The position numbers and the translations under genes are program-made. From assembly GCA_963778655.1 (NCBI GenBank), contig CAVZVA010000002.1:288001-352000 (forward strand): a stretch of DNA of 64,000 nt, read 5' to 3'. Shown here piece by piece: positions 19,321-28,754 of the stretch; the stretch's first letter is position 1; each line of letters begins with the position of its first letter. Origin of the DNA: an uncultured delta proteobacterium (GTDB lineage: Bacteria > Myxococcota_A > Polyangia > Polyangiales > JAFGIB01). The notes under the pieces were generated by a model. That model was given only the letters and a program-made list of their open reading frames with translations. It was not told where the DNA came from and ran no database searches.

Positions 19321-20385
19321 ATGGAATCTGGATCGGATCGGCTCACCTACCAGACCGAAGAGCTGCTCGCCGACGACACGGTCGCTGCGCCCCTGATCGC
19401 CGGTGGCGTGCTCTGCCACGGCGGCTTCGACACCGACGGCCGATACCACTCGCCGCGCACCCTGCACCGCAACCCTGCGGTTGCGTCCTGGCAGCGCCAG
19501 CTGGTGGCACAGAACCAGCCCCTGATCGAAATCGCCGACGCGCTGAGCCCGCCGCAATACCCGAGCGTGGCGCAGGGGCGCCTGCTGCTGAAGGGCGGCC
19601 TGCAGGAACCGATCGTGCGCGCGCTGACCGTGATCTCGATCCTGGAAGGGTTCGGGGCGATCATTCGCGACGTGCGCGTGCCCGATCTGCGCGCGCTGTT
19701 CGTCGAGCCGATCGAGGGCACCGCCCTGGCACACCTCGGGCTGGGCCTGTTCGAGGCGCACGCGCGGGACGAAGCCGGCTACAAGGAGTTCGGCGGCCAC
19801 AAGCAGATGTGGGAAGCGGCGCGCGACCTGGCGCTGGAGAATCCCAAAGTCCCGGCCGACGTGTTCATGCGCCTGATGGGCGACCGCGGTCAGTCGCGCG
19901 GCGGCGACCCGCTGTTTCCGCAGCTCGAGAAGCGCCTCTACCGCATGCTGAGCATGATGAGCCAGGTGCTCGTGATCGAGGTGTTCGCCAAGCGCACCTT
20001 CGAGTGGGGCGTCGAGCTGCTCTCCGACCCAGAGGTCTCGGCCGCGCCCAAGGAAGCGGGCGCGATGGTCGAGTACATACGCGCCGACGAATCGCCGCAC
20101 GTCGAGTACCTGCGCACGGCGCTGTCAGAGGCACGCGCGCGCACGCTGCGCACCGAGGACGGACGCACCATCGCCGGCCGCACCGTGGTCGATGGCATCC
20201 TGCACCACATTCTGACGCGCGTCGGCGAGCAGCGTCCCCGCGAGCAGCGCGACGACACGCGCGGTGCCGTCGAACGCGCGGTGGAGGCGGGACAGGCGAG
20301 TCGCACCCTGCTCGATGAGTTCGACGCGCTCGCCCCGAGTTGGACCGCGCCGGCGCGCACGGGCTTCGAGCCGCTGGCGGCGTGA
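19321..20385 (+). CDS. Ferritin-like (putative di-iron) protein of unknown function
   Basis: Carboxylate/His pattern ILEGFG ... RDEAG(x)GGH ... VIEVF ... ADESPH in a helical protein. Confidence 0.6.
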   Translation: MESGSDRLTYQTEELLADDTVAAPLIAGGVLCHGGFDTDGRYHSPRTLHRNPAVASWQRQLVAQNQPLIEIADALSPPQYPSVAQGRLLLKGGLQEPIVRALTVISILEGFGAIIRDVRVPDLRALFVEPIEGTALAHLGLGLFEAHARDEAGYKEFGGHKQMWEAARDLALENPKVPADVFMRLMGDRGQSRGGDPLFPQLEKRLYRMLSMMSQVLVIEVFAKRTFEWGVELLSDPEVSAAPKEAGAMVEYIRADESPHVEYLRTALSEARARTLRTEDGRTIAGRTVVDGILHHILTRVGEQRPREQRDDTRGAVERAVEAGQASRTLLDEFDALAPSWTAPARTGFEPLAA

Positions 20386-20419
20386 GCCCGCCTGGCCGGC
20401 AACGCCGGCGGAGCCGAGC

Positions 20420-21700
20420 ATGAACGAGCTGACGCGCATCTATCGGACCTACCGGGTCGCCACCACGGCCGTGCGCCTGTGGAGCATGTACAAGTTGCCC
20501 AGCACGGCGCGCAGGCTCGCGGGCAGGCCCCCGCGCAGCGAAGACGAGCTCGCGCCGGTGAACGAGCAGGCTTCGGAGATCCTACTGCGCCTGGCGTTCG
20601 ACCTGCGCGGCGTGATCATCAAGACCTGCCAGACTATCGCCACGCGCTCCGACCGCTTCCCGCCGTCGTTCATCGAGCGGCTAAAGCAATGCCACGACGC
20701 CGTTCCGGCCAAGGAGTTCGAGGCGATCAAGGCGCTGGTGGAGCTGGAGCTGGGCCGGCCGCTCGAGCAGAGCTTCAAGACCTTCAGCCGCGAGCCGGTG
20801 GCTTCGGCGTCGCTGGCCCAAGTGCATGCGGCCACGCTGCACGACGGGACCGAGGTGGCGGTCAAGGTGCAGTACCCCGACGTCGAAGACATCGTCCGCA
20901 CCGACCTGCGCAACATGCGGCTGGCCTGCCGCATCTACGAGCGGATGGACCCACAACCGATGGAGCTACTGCCCTTGCTCGACGAGCTGGCCACGCACAT
21001 CGGGTTCGAGCTCGACTTCGAGCGCGAGGCGACCAGCGCCGAGCGCGTGCGCAAGCTGTTCGAGAACAACAAGCGCGTGATCGTGCCCGCAATTCATCGC
21101 GAGTACTCCAGCCGGCGCGTGCTCACCATGCAGTGGCTGCGCGGCATCAAGATCACCGAGAAGCAGCAGCTGCTCGACGCAGGGCTCAAGCCGCGCGAGG
21201 TCTTGCAGGATCTGATGCACATCTTCGTGCACATGATCATGGCCGACGGCTTCTTTCAGGCCGACCCGCATCCGGGCAATCTGATGGTGACCCCCTCGGG
21301 CGAGATCATCGTGCTCGACTTCGGGCTCTCCAAGGAGCTGCCGCAGGGCTTCGGGCTGGGTCTGTTCGAGCTGATGTTCTCTATGATGACGCTCAACGAG
21401 GCGGCGATGATCCGCGCGTTCAAGGAGCTCGGCTTCGCCACCAAGAACGGCGACAACCGCACCTTCGTGGCGATCGCGCACCGCATGATGCGCCGCAGCG
21501 ACAGCGGGCGCTTCGAGGGCGAGTTCACCGAGGAGATGACCGACGAGCTATTCGAGGCGATCCGCGAAGACCCGGTGGTCTCGGTGCCGAGCGACTTTGT
21601 GCTGGTCGGGCGGGTGTTCTCGCTGTTGTCGGGGATCGCGCACACGCTGGGCTATCGGGCCAACGTGTTGCAGGCCATGGGGGCGGGAGCACCAGGGTAG
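20420..21700 (+). CDS. ABC1/AarF/UbiB-family atypical kinase
   Basis: IKTCQ (KxGQ-like), PVASASLAQVH, VAVKVQYP, ELDFEREA, FFQADPHPGN, LDFG. Confidence 0.92.
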   Translation: MNELTRIYRTYRVATTAVRLWSMYKLPSTARRLAGRPPRSEDELAPVNEQASEILLRLAFDLRGVIIKTCQTIATRSDRFPPSFIERLKQCHDAVPAKEFEAIKALVELELGRPLEQSFKTFSREPVASASLAQVHAATLHDGTEVAVKVQYPDVEDIVRTDLRNMRLACRIYERMDPQPMELLPLLDELATHIGFELDFEREATSAERVRKLFENNKRVIVPAIHREYSSRRVLTMQWLRGIKITEKQQLLDAGLKPREVLQDLMHIFVHMIMADGFFQADPHPGNLMVTPSGEIIVLDFGLSKELPQGFGLGLFELMFSMMTLNEAAMIRAFKELGFATKNGDNRTFVAIAHRMMRRSDSGRFEGEFTEEMTDELFEAIREDPVVSVPSDFVLVGRVFSLLSGIAHTLGYRANVLQAMGAGAPG

Positions 21701-21716
21701 AAGGGAACGCTGCCAT

Positions 21717-22406
21717 ATGGTGGACGAGCAGAGCGCACGCCTCACACAAGCCCAACGCCGCGACCACACTCGACAGAAGCTGCTGGCTGCGGCCACCGAC
21801 CTGTTCAGCAAGAGCGGTTACCACCGCACGCAGGTGATGGACATCGTGACCAAGGCGCACGTCAGCGCCGGCACGTTCTATCGCTACTTCGACGACAAGC
21901 AGGGCATCTTCTTCGCGATCGCTGAGGAGCTCGGCGGCCACGAGGTCGAGGAAGCAATCAAGGCACGCGCCATGATCCTCAAGGCGCCCTGCTTCGCCGA
22001 CGCCGTGCGCAACATGGTGCAGTTTCTGGAACGGCACTTCGAGCGCGTGGTGCAGCGCGCGCCGCTCTACCGCGCGCTGCACAACAGCGGCGTGGTCGAC
22101 GGCCGGCGCGATCATGCCTGGTCGATGCGCGAGCGCGCGGTCAAGGCGCTGGCCGAGCAGCTCCGCAAGAGCGGACCGGCCGATACCGAAGATCTCGACA
22201 GCCTCGCGCGGATGATGATGGGGGTGCTGTCCGAGCTGCGTTACGCGATGATCCAGACCGGCAAACCGAGCCCGACCCAGGCCGCACGCCTGGTCACGCG
22301 CTTTCTGCAAGGCGCGATGGCGGCCTACAGCACGCGCTGCCCCCGCTTCGCCGGGCTGCACAGCGACGAGTGGCGCGAAGCACTCGACGCCGAAGCCCGG
22401 ACCTGA
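21717..22406 (+). CDS. TetR/AcrR family transcriptional regulator
   Basis: N-terminal HTH LLAAATDLFSKSGYHRTQVMDIVTKAHVSAGTFYRYFDDK. Confidence 0.92.
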   Translation: MVDEQSARLTQAQRRDHTRQKLLAAATDLFSKSGYHRTQVMDIVTKAHVSAGTFYRYFDDKQGIFFAIAEELGGHEVEEAIKARAMILKAPCFADAVRNMVQFLERHFERVVQRAPLYRALHNSGVVDGRRDHAWSMRERAVKALAEQLRKSGPADTEDLDSLARMMMGVLSELRYAMIQTGKPSPTQAARLVTRFLQGAMAAYSTRCPRFAGLHSDEWREALDAEART

Positions 22407-22433
22407 AGGGCGCGGCAGCGCCCAGGCGCTGCA

Positions 22434-22503
22434 ACAGCAAGACGGGAAGCCCGAACGCTGGCTGTTGACCCGATGAGTCCTTCCCGCCTCCCGGTCTTTC
22501 TGT
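22434..22503. repeat. Palindromic intergenic repeat, copy 2 of the 6636-6699 family
   Basis: acagcaagacgggaag ... cttcccgcctcccggtctttctgt. Confidence 0.45.
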
Positions 22504-22587
22504 GATCGTGAGTGGCGCTGGCGGAGCTCCCGGACGCTGGCTCCGGGGCGTTGCTTCGCCCCGGGTTTTGCCGCAAGGTTGGCCGCC

Positions 22588-23805
22588 ATGAGCGCTGAGC
22601 CGCCGGAGTGGATTGGCCAGGGGAGCGTGACCTCTCCTGCGGGCTTCGTCGCCGGCGCGGTCTACGCCGGCGTCAAGAGCTACGGCCCCGAGCCGCGACT
22701 CGACCTGGCGCTGCTGGCCTCTGAGCGCGCGGGCGTCTCGGCCGGCATCTTCACCCAGAGCCGCGTGTGTGGAGCGCCCGTGCAGCTGTGCAAGCAGCGC
22801 GTGGGACGCGGGCGCGCCGTAGTCGTCAACGCGGGCTGCGCGAACGTCGCCACCGGCGAGCAGGGCCTGGCCGACGCGCGTCGCATGGCCGAGCTCGCGG
22901 GCCGCGCGCTCGGGCTGCCGCCCGACGAGGTGTTCGTGGCCTCGACCGGCGTGATCGGACGGCGCCTGCCGATGGACAAGATCGAAGCCGGGGTACAGCG
23001 GTTGGTGCTCTCGGCCGAAGGCGGCCCGGCGTTCGCGCGTGCGATCATGACCACCGACACGGTCGCGAAGTCGCGCGCGCTGCGGCTGCGCTGCGACGGC
23101 CGCAGCTACACCCTGGGCGGCGCGGTGAAGGGCTCGGGGATGGTGCACCCCGACATGGCCACGGTGCTGTGCTTCCTGACCACGGACGCGCCCGCCGATC
23201 CGCGCTGGCTGCAGGATACGCTCAAGCAGGTGGGCGACGACTCGCTCAACATGCTCGATGTCGACACCGACACCTCAACCAGCGACACCATGCTGATGCT
23301 GGCCAACGGCGCGGCCGGCGGCGATCCGCTGCAGGCCTCGCACCCGGCGGCCGCGGCGTTCACCGCTGCGCTGCGTGCGCTCTGCATCGAGCTGACGCGC
23401 GATTTGGCGCGCGACGGCGAGGGCGCGCGCACCTTGATCGAGGTGGTGGTGAGCGGCGCGGCCAGCTTGCACGACGCCCGCATCGCGGCTCGCACGGTTG
23501 CGTCCTCGCCGCTGGTCAAGACCATGGTGGCGGGCCGCGACGCGAACCTCGGCCGCGTGCTGATGGCGTTGGGCCGTTCCGGTGCGCAGATCCGGCTCGA
23601 GCGCACGCGCGTGTGGATCGGCGAGCACTGCGCGTTCGAGCGCGGCCTGGCGACCGACCTCGACTATGCGGAGATCTCGCGCGCCATGGACCGCCCCGAG
23701 GTCCAGCTTCGCGCCGACCTGGGGCTCGGCGACGCCACCGCCACCGCCTGGGGCTGCGACCTTACGACCGAGTACGTCCGCATCAACGGCGACTACACCA
23801 CTTAA
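22588..23805 (+). CDS. argJ: Glutamate N-acetyltransferase / ornithine acetyltransferase
   Basis: VNAGCANVATG, ASTGVIG, AIMTTDT, KGSGMVHPDMAT, DTSTSD, ARDGEGA, GCDLTTEYVRINGDYTT. Confidence 0.97.
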   Translation: MSAEPPEWIGQGSVTSPAGFVAGAVYAGVKSYGPEPRLDLALLASERAGVSAGIFTQSRVCGAPVQLCKQRVGRGRAVVVNAGCANVATGEQGLADARRMAELAGRALGLPPDEVFVASTGVIGRRLPMDKIEAGVQRLVLSAEGGPAFARAIMTTDTVAKSRALRLRCDGRSYTLGGAVKGSGMVHPDMATVLCFLTTDAPADPRWLQDTLKQVGDDSLNMLDVDTDTSTSDTMLMLANGAAGGDPLQASHPAAAAFTAALRALCIELTRDLARDGEGARTLIEVVVSGAASLHDARIAARTVASSPLVKTMVAGRDANLGRVLMALGRSGAQIRLERTRVWIGEHCAFERGLATDLDYAEISRAMDRPEVQLRADLGLGDATATAWGCDLTTEYVRINGDYTT

Positions 23806-23815
23806 GTAACGGGAG

Positions 23816-24039
23816 GGTCACGCGACCCTCCCGCCCGTTGGGCTTAGCCCAACGGGGCCCACCCTCCCGCGGGGCTCGCTGCGCTCGCGCGTGCTCTTGT
23901 CCGGTCACGCGACCCTCCCGCCCGTTGGGCTTAGCCCAACGGGGCCCACCCTCCCGCGGGGCTCGCTGCGCTCGCGCGTGCTCTTGTCCGGTCACGCGAC
24001 CCTCCCGCCCGTTGGGCTTAGCCCAACGGGGCCCACCCT
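23816..24039. repeat. Tandem repeat of an 87-bp palindrome-rich unit (~2.6 identical copies)
   Basis: Units start at 23816, 23903 and 23990. Each contains the hairpin cccgttgggc-tta-gcccaacggg. Lies between convergent argJ and hsp20. Confidence 0.92.
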
Positions 24040-24046
24040 GAGAATC

Positions 24047-24079
24047 GGGCCGGCGCGTGGTGGGGACGCGCGCCGGCCC
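24047..24079 (-). terminator. GC-rich hairpin, possible terminator of hsp20
   Basis: gggccggcgcg ... cgcgccggccc 11-bp stem ~30 bp after the hsp20 stop. The U-tract is weak. Confidence 0.35.
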
Positions 24080-24111
24080 AAGCTCGAATCGGTCGGCTCG
24101 CGCCCGAAGAA

Positions 24112-24528
24112 TCAGCCGGCCTTGACCTCGATCTCGCGCTTCTTGGGGGCGGCCGCCTTGTGCAGGGTCACGGTCAGCACGCCGTTGTCGTGCTTGGCCT
24201 CGACGTGCTCGGCATCGACGCCGTCGCTCAGCGCGAACGAGCGGCTAAAGCTGCCGAAGAAGCGCTCTACGCGGTGATAGCTGTCGCGCTCATCCTTGTT
24301 CTCGAGCTTCCGCTCGCCGCTGATCGTCAGCATGTTGTTCTCGACCTGGACGTTGATGTCCTCGGGCTTGACGCCCGCGAGGTCGACCTTGACGTGGATG
24401 CCCTGCGCGTCCTCGAAGATGTCGACCGCAGGCTGGAAGCTCTGCTCGCGCTCCAGCACGGCGTTGCGTGCGAAGAAGCGGTCGTGCAAGCGGTTCATTT
24501 CGGCAAACGGATCCCAATAGGCCAACAT
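24112..24528 (-). CDS. Small heat-shock protein (Hsp20/alpha-crystallin)
   Basis: WDPF, PAVDIFE, LTISGERK, YHRVERFFGSFSRSF, NGVLTVTL. AGGAGGAG RBS before ATG 24528. Confidence 0.96.
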   Translation of the reverse strand: MLAYWDPFAEMNRLHDRFFARNAVLEREQSFQPAVDIFEDAQGIHVKVDLAGVKPEDINVQVENNMLTISGERKLENKDERDSYHRVERFFGSFSRSFALSDGVDAEHVEAKHDNGVLTVTLHKAAAPKKREIEVKAG

Positions 24529-24647
24529 GGCACTCCTCCTGTGCGGGCGGGCGGCCCACCCCTGTTTGAACTCGGGCCCGCGCACCACCCCGGTGGCGAA
24601 CCGAGCTGCAGGGCCCGTCCCGGCGGTGCCCTTGCTTGCTCGAGGCC

Positions 24648-24675
24648 AAGCTAAGCATCGCCGGCCGGCGGTCAA
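24648..24675 (-). promoter_or_regulatory. Candidate promoter for hsp20
   Basis: Minus strand TTGACC-16 bp-TAGCTT. Confidence 0.3.
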
Positions 24676-24703
24676 GGGCGCCTGCGCGCGCGAGCCCCGC
24701 CGG

Positions 24704-25894
24704 TCAGGGTCCGATCACGCCCTGCTTGCGCAGCCGCGCCAACTCGGCCGCGCCAAGCCCGTGGGCGGCCAGCACCTCGTCGGTGTGCTCGCCGAGCAGC
24801 GGCGGCCTGCGCTCGATCCGGCCCGGGGTGCCCGACAGCTTGACCGGCAATCCGGTGGTGCGGAAGGTGCCGAGCTGGGGGTGCGGCAGCTCCACCAGCA
24901 GCTGCCGCGCGAGCACCTGCGGGTCGGCGAATACCTGCGAAAGGTCGAGCACCGGACCGCTTGGGATGCCGGCCGCATTGAGCAGGTCGACCCAGTGCGC
25001 CACGTCGGAGCCAGCGAGCACGCGCTCGATCTCGGCCGTGAGCTCGTCGCGCTGGCGCACCCGCGCGGCCGCGTCCGCAAAGCGCGCGTCGTCGATCCAC
25101 TGCGGCCTGCCGAGAGCGCGCGCGAGCTTGACCCACATCGCATCGTTGGCGGCAGCGATGTTGATGTACCCGTCGCCGGCCTTGAACCGACCGTAGGGCG
25201 AGGCCAGCGGGTGGTGCTGGCCGGCCGGCCCGGGCGCGCGGTTGGACTGGAAGTACATGCCGGCGCCCCAGCTCATCACCGACACCATCGCCTCGAGCAG
25301 CGAGGTGTCGACGACCTGGCCCCTGCCGCTGTGCGCGCGCGCGAACAGCGCCAGCAAGATGCCGTGCGCCGCAAAGATCCCCGCGAGCAGGTCCGCGATC
25401 GCGAGCCCGGCGCGGGTCGGCCCCGACTGCTCGGTGCCGGTCAAGCTCATGAAGCCGCTCATGCCTTGCGCCACCTGATCGAAGCCCGGGCGGTCGCGGT
25501 ACGGCCCGTCCGCGCCGAAGCCGGAGATCGAGCAGTAGACCAGCCGCGGGAAGCGCTCGGTCAGCGCCTGCGGCCCGAGCCCGAGCGCGTCCATCACACC
25601 CGGCCGATAGTTTTCGACCACCACGTCGTAGTCCGGCAGGATGCGCAGGATCAGCGCGCGCCCCGCCTCGGACTTGATGTCGACGGTGATCGAGCGTTTA
25701 CCGCGGTTCGCGGACAGAAAGAAGTAGCTGTCCTTGTCGGACCCAGCCGGGCGCAGCTCGCGGCCCTTGCCCGACTCGACTTTGACGACGTCGGCGCCGT
25801 AGTCGGCCAGCAGCATGCTGCAGAACGGTCCCGCCAGGTAGCGCGTGAAGTCGAGCACGCGGATGCCTGCGAGTGGGGGCGCTTCGGCGCTCAT
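24704..25894 (-). CDS. Family III CoA-transferase (CaiB/BaiF)
   Basis: PLAGIRVLDFTRYLAGPFC, LADYGADVVKVE, NRGKRSI, VENYRPG, GFDQVAQGMSG, PLLGEHT. Confidence 0.96.
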   Translation of the reverse strand: MSAEAPPLAGIRVLDFTRYLAGPFCSMLLADYGADVVKVESGKGRELRPAGSDKDSYFFLSANRGKRSITVDIKSEAGRALILRILPDYDVVVENYRPGVMDALGLGPQALTERFPRLVYCSISGFGADGPYRDRPGFDQVAQGMSGFMSLTGTEQSGPTRAGLAIADLLAGIFAAHGILLALFARAHSGRGQVVDTSLLEAMVSVMSWGAGMYFQSNRAPGPAGQHHPLASPYGRFKAGDGYINIAAANDAMWVKLARALGRPQWIDDARFADAAARVRQRDELTAEIERVLAGSDVAHWVDLLNAAGIPSGPVLDLSQVFADPQVLARQLLVELPHPQLGTFRTTGLPVKLSGTPGRIERRPPLLGEHTDEVLAAHGLGAAELARLRKQGVIGP

Positions 25895-25895
25895 C

Positions 25896-26678
25896 TCAGC
25901 GCCCCGTGAAGCGCGGCGGGCGCTTCTGCATGAACGCGGCCACGCCCTCGCGGTAGTCGTCGCTCTCGTAGCAGGCTTTGATCGCGCGCTTGACCGCCTC
26001 GAGGTCGCGCGCCGGCTCCGGCTTTTGCAGCTCGCGCGTAGCGAGCTTGACGCTGCGCAGTGTCAACGGCGCGTTGTCGGCGATGGTCTCGGCCAGGGCC
26101 AGCACCTCCGGCTCCAGGCGCGCTTTGGGCAGCACGCCGTTGAGCAGACCCATGCGCAACGCCGCCTCGGCCGAGAAGCGCTTGGCGGTGAAGAAGATCT
26201 CCTTGGCGTTCGCCTCGCCCACCAGCCGCACCAGCGCCTCGACGCCAGCCATGCCGTAGCCGAGCCCCAGGCGCGCCGCCGGGATCCCGAGCCTCGCATC
26301 GTCGGCCGCGTAGCGCATGTCCGCGGTGAGCGAGATCGCCACGCCGCCCCCAATGCAGAAGCCGTGGATCATCGCGATCACCGGCTTGCCGATGCCCGCC
26401 AGCGCGAAGTAAGCACGCGCGTTGTCGCGATCGTAGTCCTCGACGTTGTCGGCGGTGCGGCTGCGCTCGAACTCGGAGATGTCCGCGCCGGCGATGAAAG
26501 CCGCGTCGCCCGCGCCGCGCAGGATCACCACGCGCACCTCGGGGTCGGCATCGAGCTGGGCCGCCGCGGCGGGGATCTGGCGCCACATCTGCTGCGACAG
26601 CGCGTTGTGGCGCTCGGGCTGCTCGAACACGAGCATGCCCACTCGCCCGCGCACCTCGACCACGACCCGCCCTGCCAT
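25896..26678 (-). CDS. Enoyl-CoA hydratase/isomerase (crotonase family)
   Basis: AFIAGADISEF, KPVIAMIHGFCIGGG, IPAARLGLGY, DYREGVAAFMQKRPPRFTG. Confidence 0.95.
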   Translation of the reverse strand: MAGRVVVEVRGRVGMLVFEQPERHNALSQQMWRQIPAAAAQLDADPEVRVVILRGAGDAAFIAGADISEFERSRTADNVEDYDRDNARAYFALAGIGKPVIAMIHGFCIGGGVAISLTADMRYAADDARLGIPAARLGLGYGMAGVEALVRLVGEANAKEIFFTAKRFSAEAALRMGLLNGVLPKARLEPEVLALAETIADNAPLTLRSVKLATRELQKPEPARDLEAVKRAIKACYESDDYREGVAAFMQKRPPRFTGR

Positions 26679-26680
26679 CG

Positions 26681-26977
26681 CTACACCGTGAAGTTCCAGG
26701 CCTTGATGACTTGCAAGCGCGGCTCGAGAAAGCCCTCGTAGTAGGCGCCGTGCTCGGCGTGCTCGAGGTAGGCCTCGACGTCCTGCAGCGAGTCGAAGCG
26801 CACGGCCAGGCTCAGGTCCCAGGCGGACGCCGCGCCCGCGTCGGCCGGCTCGCCGATGGTCAGGGCTCGCACCCCGGGCACGCGCGCGAGGCGCTGGGAT
26901 TGCGCTCGCACCTCAGCACGGCCTTGGCGCGTGGCGTGCTCTGGCTTGAGCTTGACGAACACGTAGCGCTCGATCAT
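26681..26977 (-). CDS. Dabb (stress-responsive A/B barrel) protein
   Basis: MIERYVFVKLK ... WDLSLAVRFDSLQDVEAYLEHAEH. The start overlaps the upstream TGA. Confidence 0.85.
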   Translation of the reverse strand: MIERYVFVKLKPEHATRQGRAEVRAQSQRLARVPGVRALTIGEPADAGAASAWDLSLAVRFDSLQDVEAYLEHAEHGAYYEGFLEPRLQVIKAWNFTV

Positions 26978-27606
26978 CAGCCGGAGACCTTGGGATTGAG
27001 GGAGTAGGTGCCCACGATCGCGGCCTGGTCCAGCACGTGGCCCTTGATCGCAGCCAGCACGTCGTCGCGCGTGAACGCGCCTTCGACCGGACAGCGCGCG
27101 ACGTCTAGCGCGTACAACGTGAAGTGGTAGTGGTGCACGATCGCGTCGTTCCACGGCGGGCAGGGCCCGTCGTAGCCGAAGTAGCGGCCCGCCATCTCCT
27201 TGTCGCCCTCGAACCACTGCGTGTAGTTGTTCAGACCCTGGCGCGTGCCGCTCGGGCCCGCGGGCCCGAGCTTGCCGCGCGCGGTCACGCCCTCGGCGAA
27301 GGCGCCTTCCTGCAGCGGGCCCGCGCCCGCAGGCAGATCGACCAGCACCCAGTGCGTGAAATCGACCCGGGGCAGGCTGGCTGGCACCGTGACCCCTTCC
27401 TTGTTGACGTCGTCGGCCCGACTGGGCACGTCGGGATCGTGACAGATCAGCGCCAGCGACTTCGTGCTCGCGGGCAGCCCACTCCAGGCCAGCTGCGGGT
27501 TGCGATTGTCGGAAAGCGCGATGTGGCTCTCGGGATCGGGCTTGGCAAAGGCACAGCGCTCGGGAATCGCTGCGCCGTCCTTGAAGGTCTCGCTCGTCAG
27601 CTTCAT
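26977..27606 (-). CDS. YbhB/YbcL family PEBP (Raf kinase inhibitor-like) protein
   Basis: MKLTS, NPQLAWSGLP, LICHDPDVP, FTHWVLVD, GYDGPCPP, HHYHFTLYALD. Confidence 0.95.
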   Translation of the reverse strand: MKLTSETFKDGAAIPERCAFAKPDPESHIALSDNRNPQLAWSGLPASTKSLALICHDPDVPSRADDVNKEGVTVPASLPRVDFTHWVLVDLPAGAGPLQEGAFAEGVTARGKLGPAGPSGTRQGLNNYTQWFEGDKEMAGRYFGYDGPCPPWNDAIVHHYHFTLYALDVARCPVEGAFTRDDVLAAIKGHVLDQAAIVGTYSLNPKVSG

Positions 27607-27818
27607 GGTCGTGGGCCTCCGGGGTGCGCGGGAGGTCTCCGACGCTGGCACACGAGCGCGCCGGCGTTCAAGGATCGCGTCGCGCGTGCAACCGTCCGTG
27701 CGTCGTTCACCCCTGGTCACCCGCGCAGGGTACGATATAGGCCTACATTGGCTACATACTCCGTCCCTGCGCCCACGCCTTGTTGCTGGCCCCTATGGGT
27801 CCCTGTATATGAGCGCGC

Positions 27819-28750
<932 letters not shown>

Positions 28751-28754
<4 letters not shown>

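Noticed and set aside
23816..24039. Possible CRISPR array
   Set aside because: The units are fully identical 87-mers with no unique spacers, and no cas genes are present.
24630..24660. CIRCE/HAIR heat-shock operator upstream of hsp20 (cttgc...ccaag)
   Set aside because: The match to TTAGCACTC-N9-GAGTGCTAA or CTTGAGT-N7-ACTCAAG is too poor to call.
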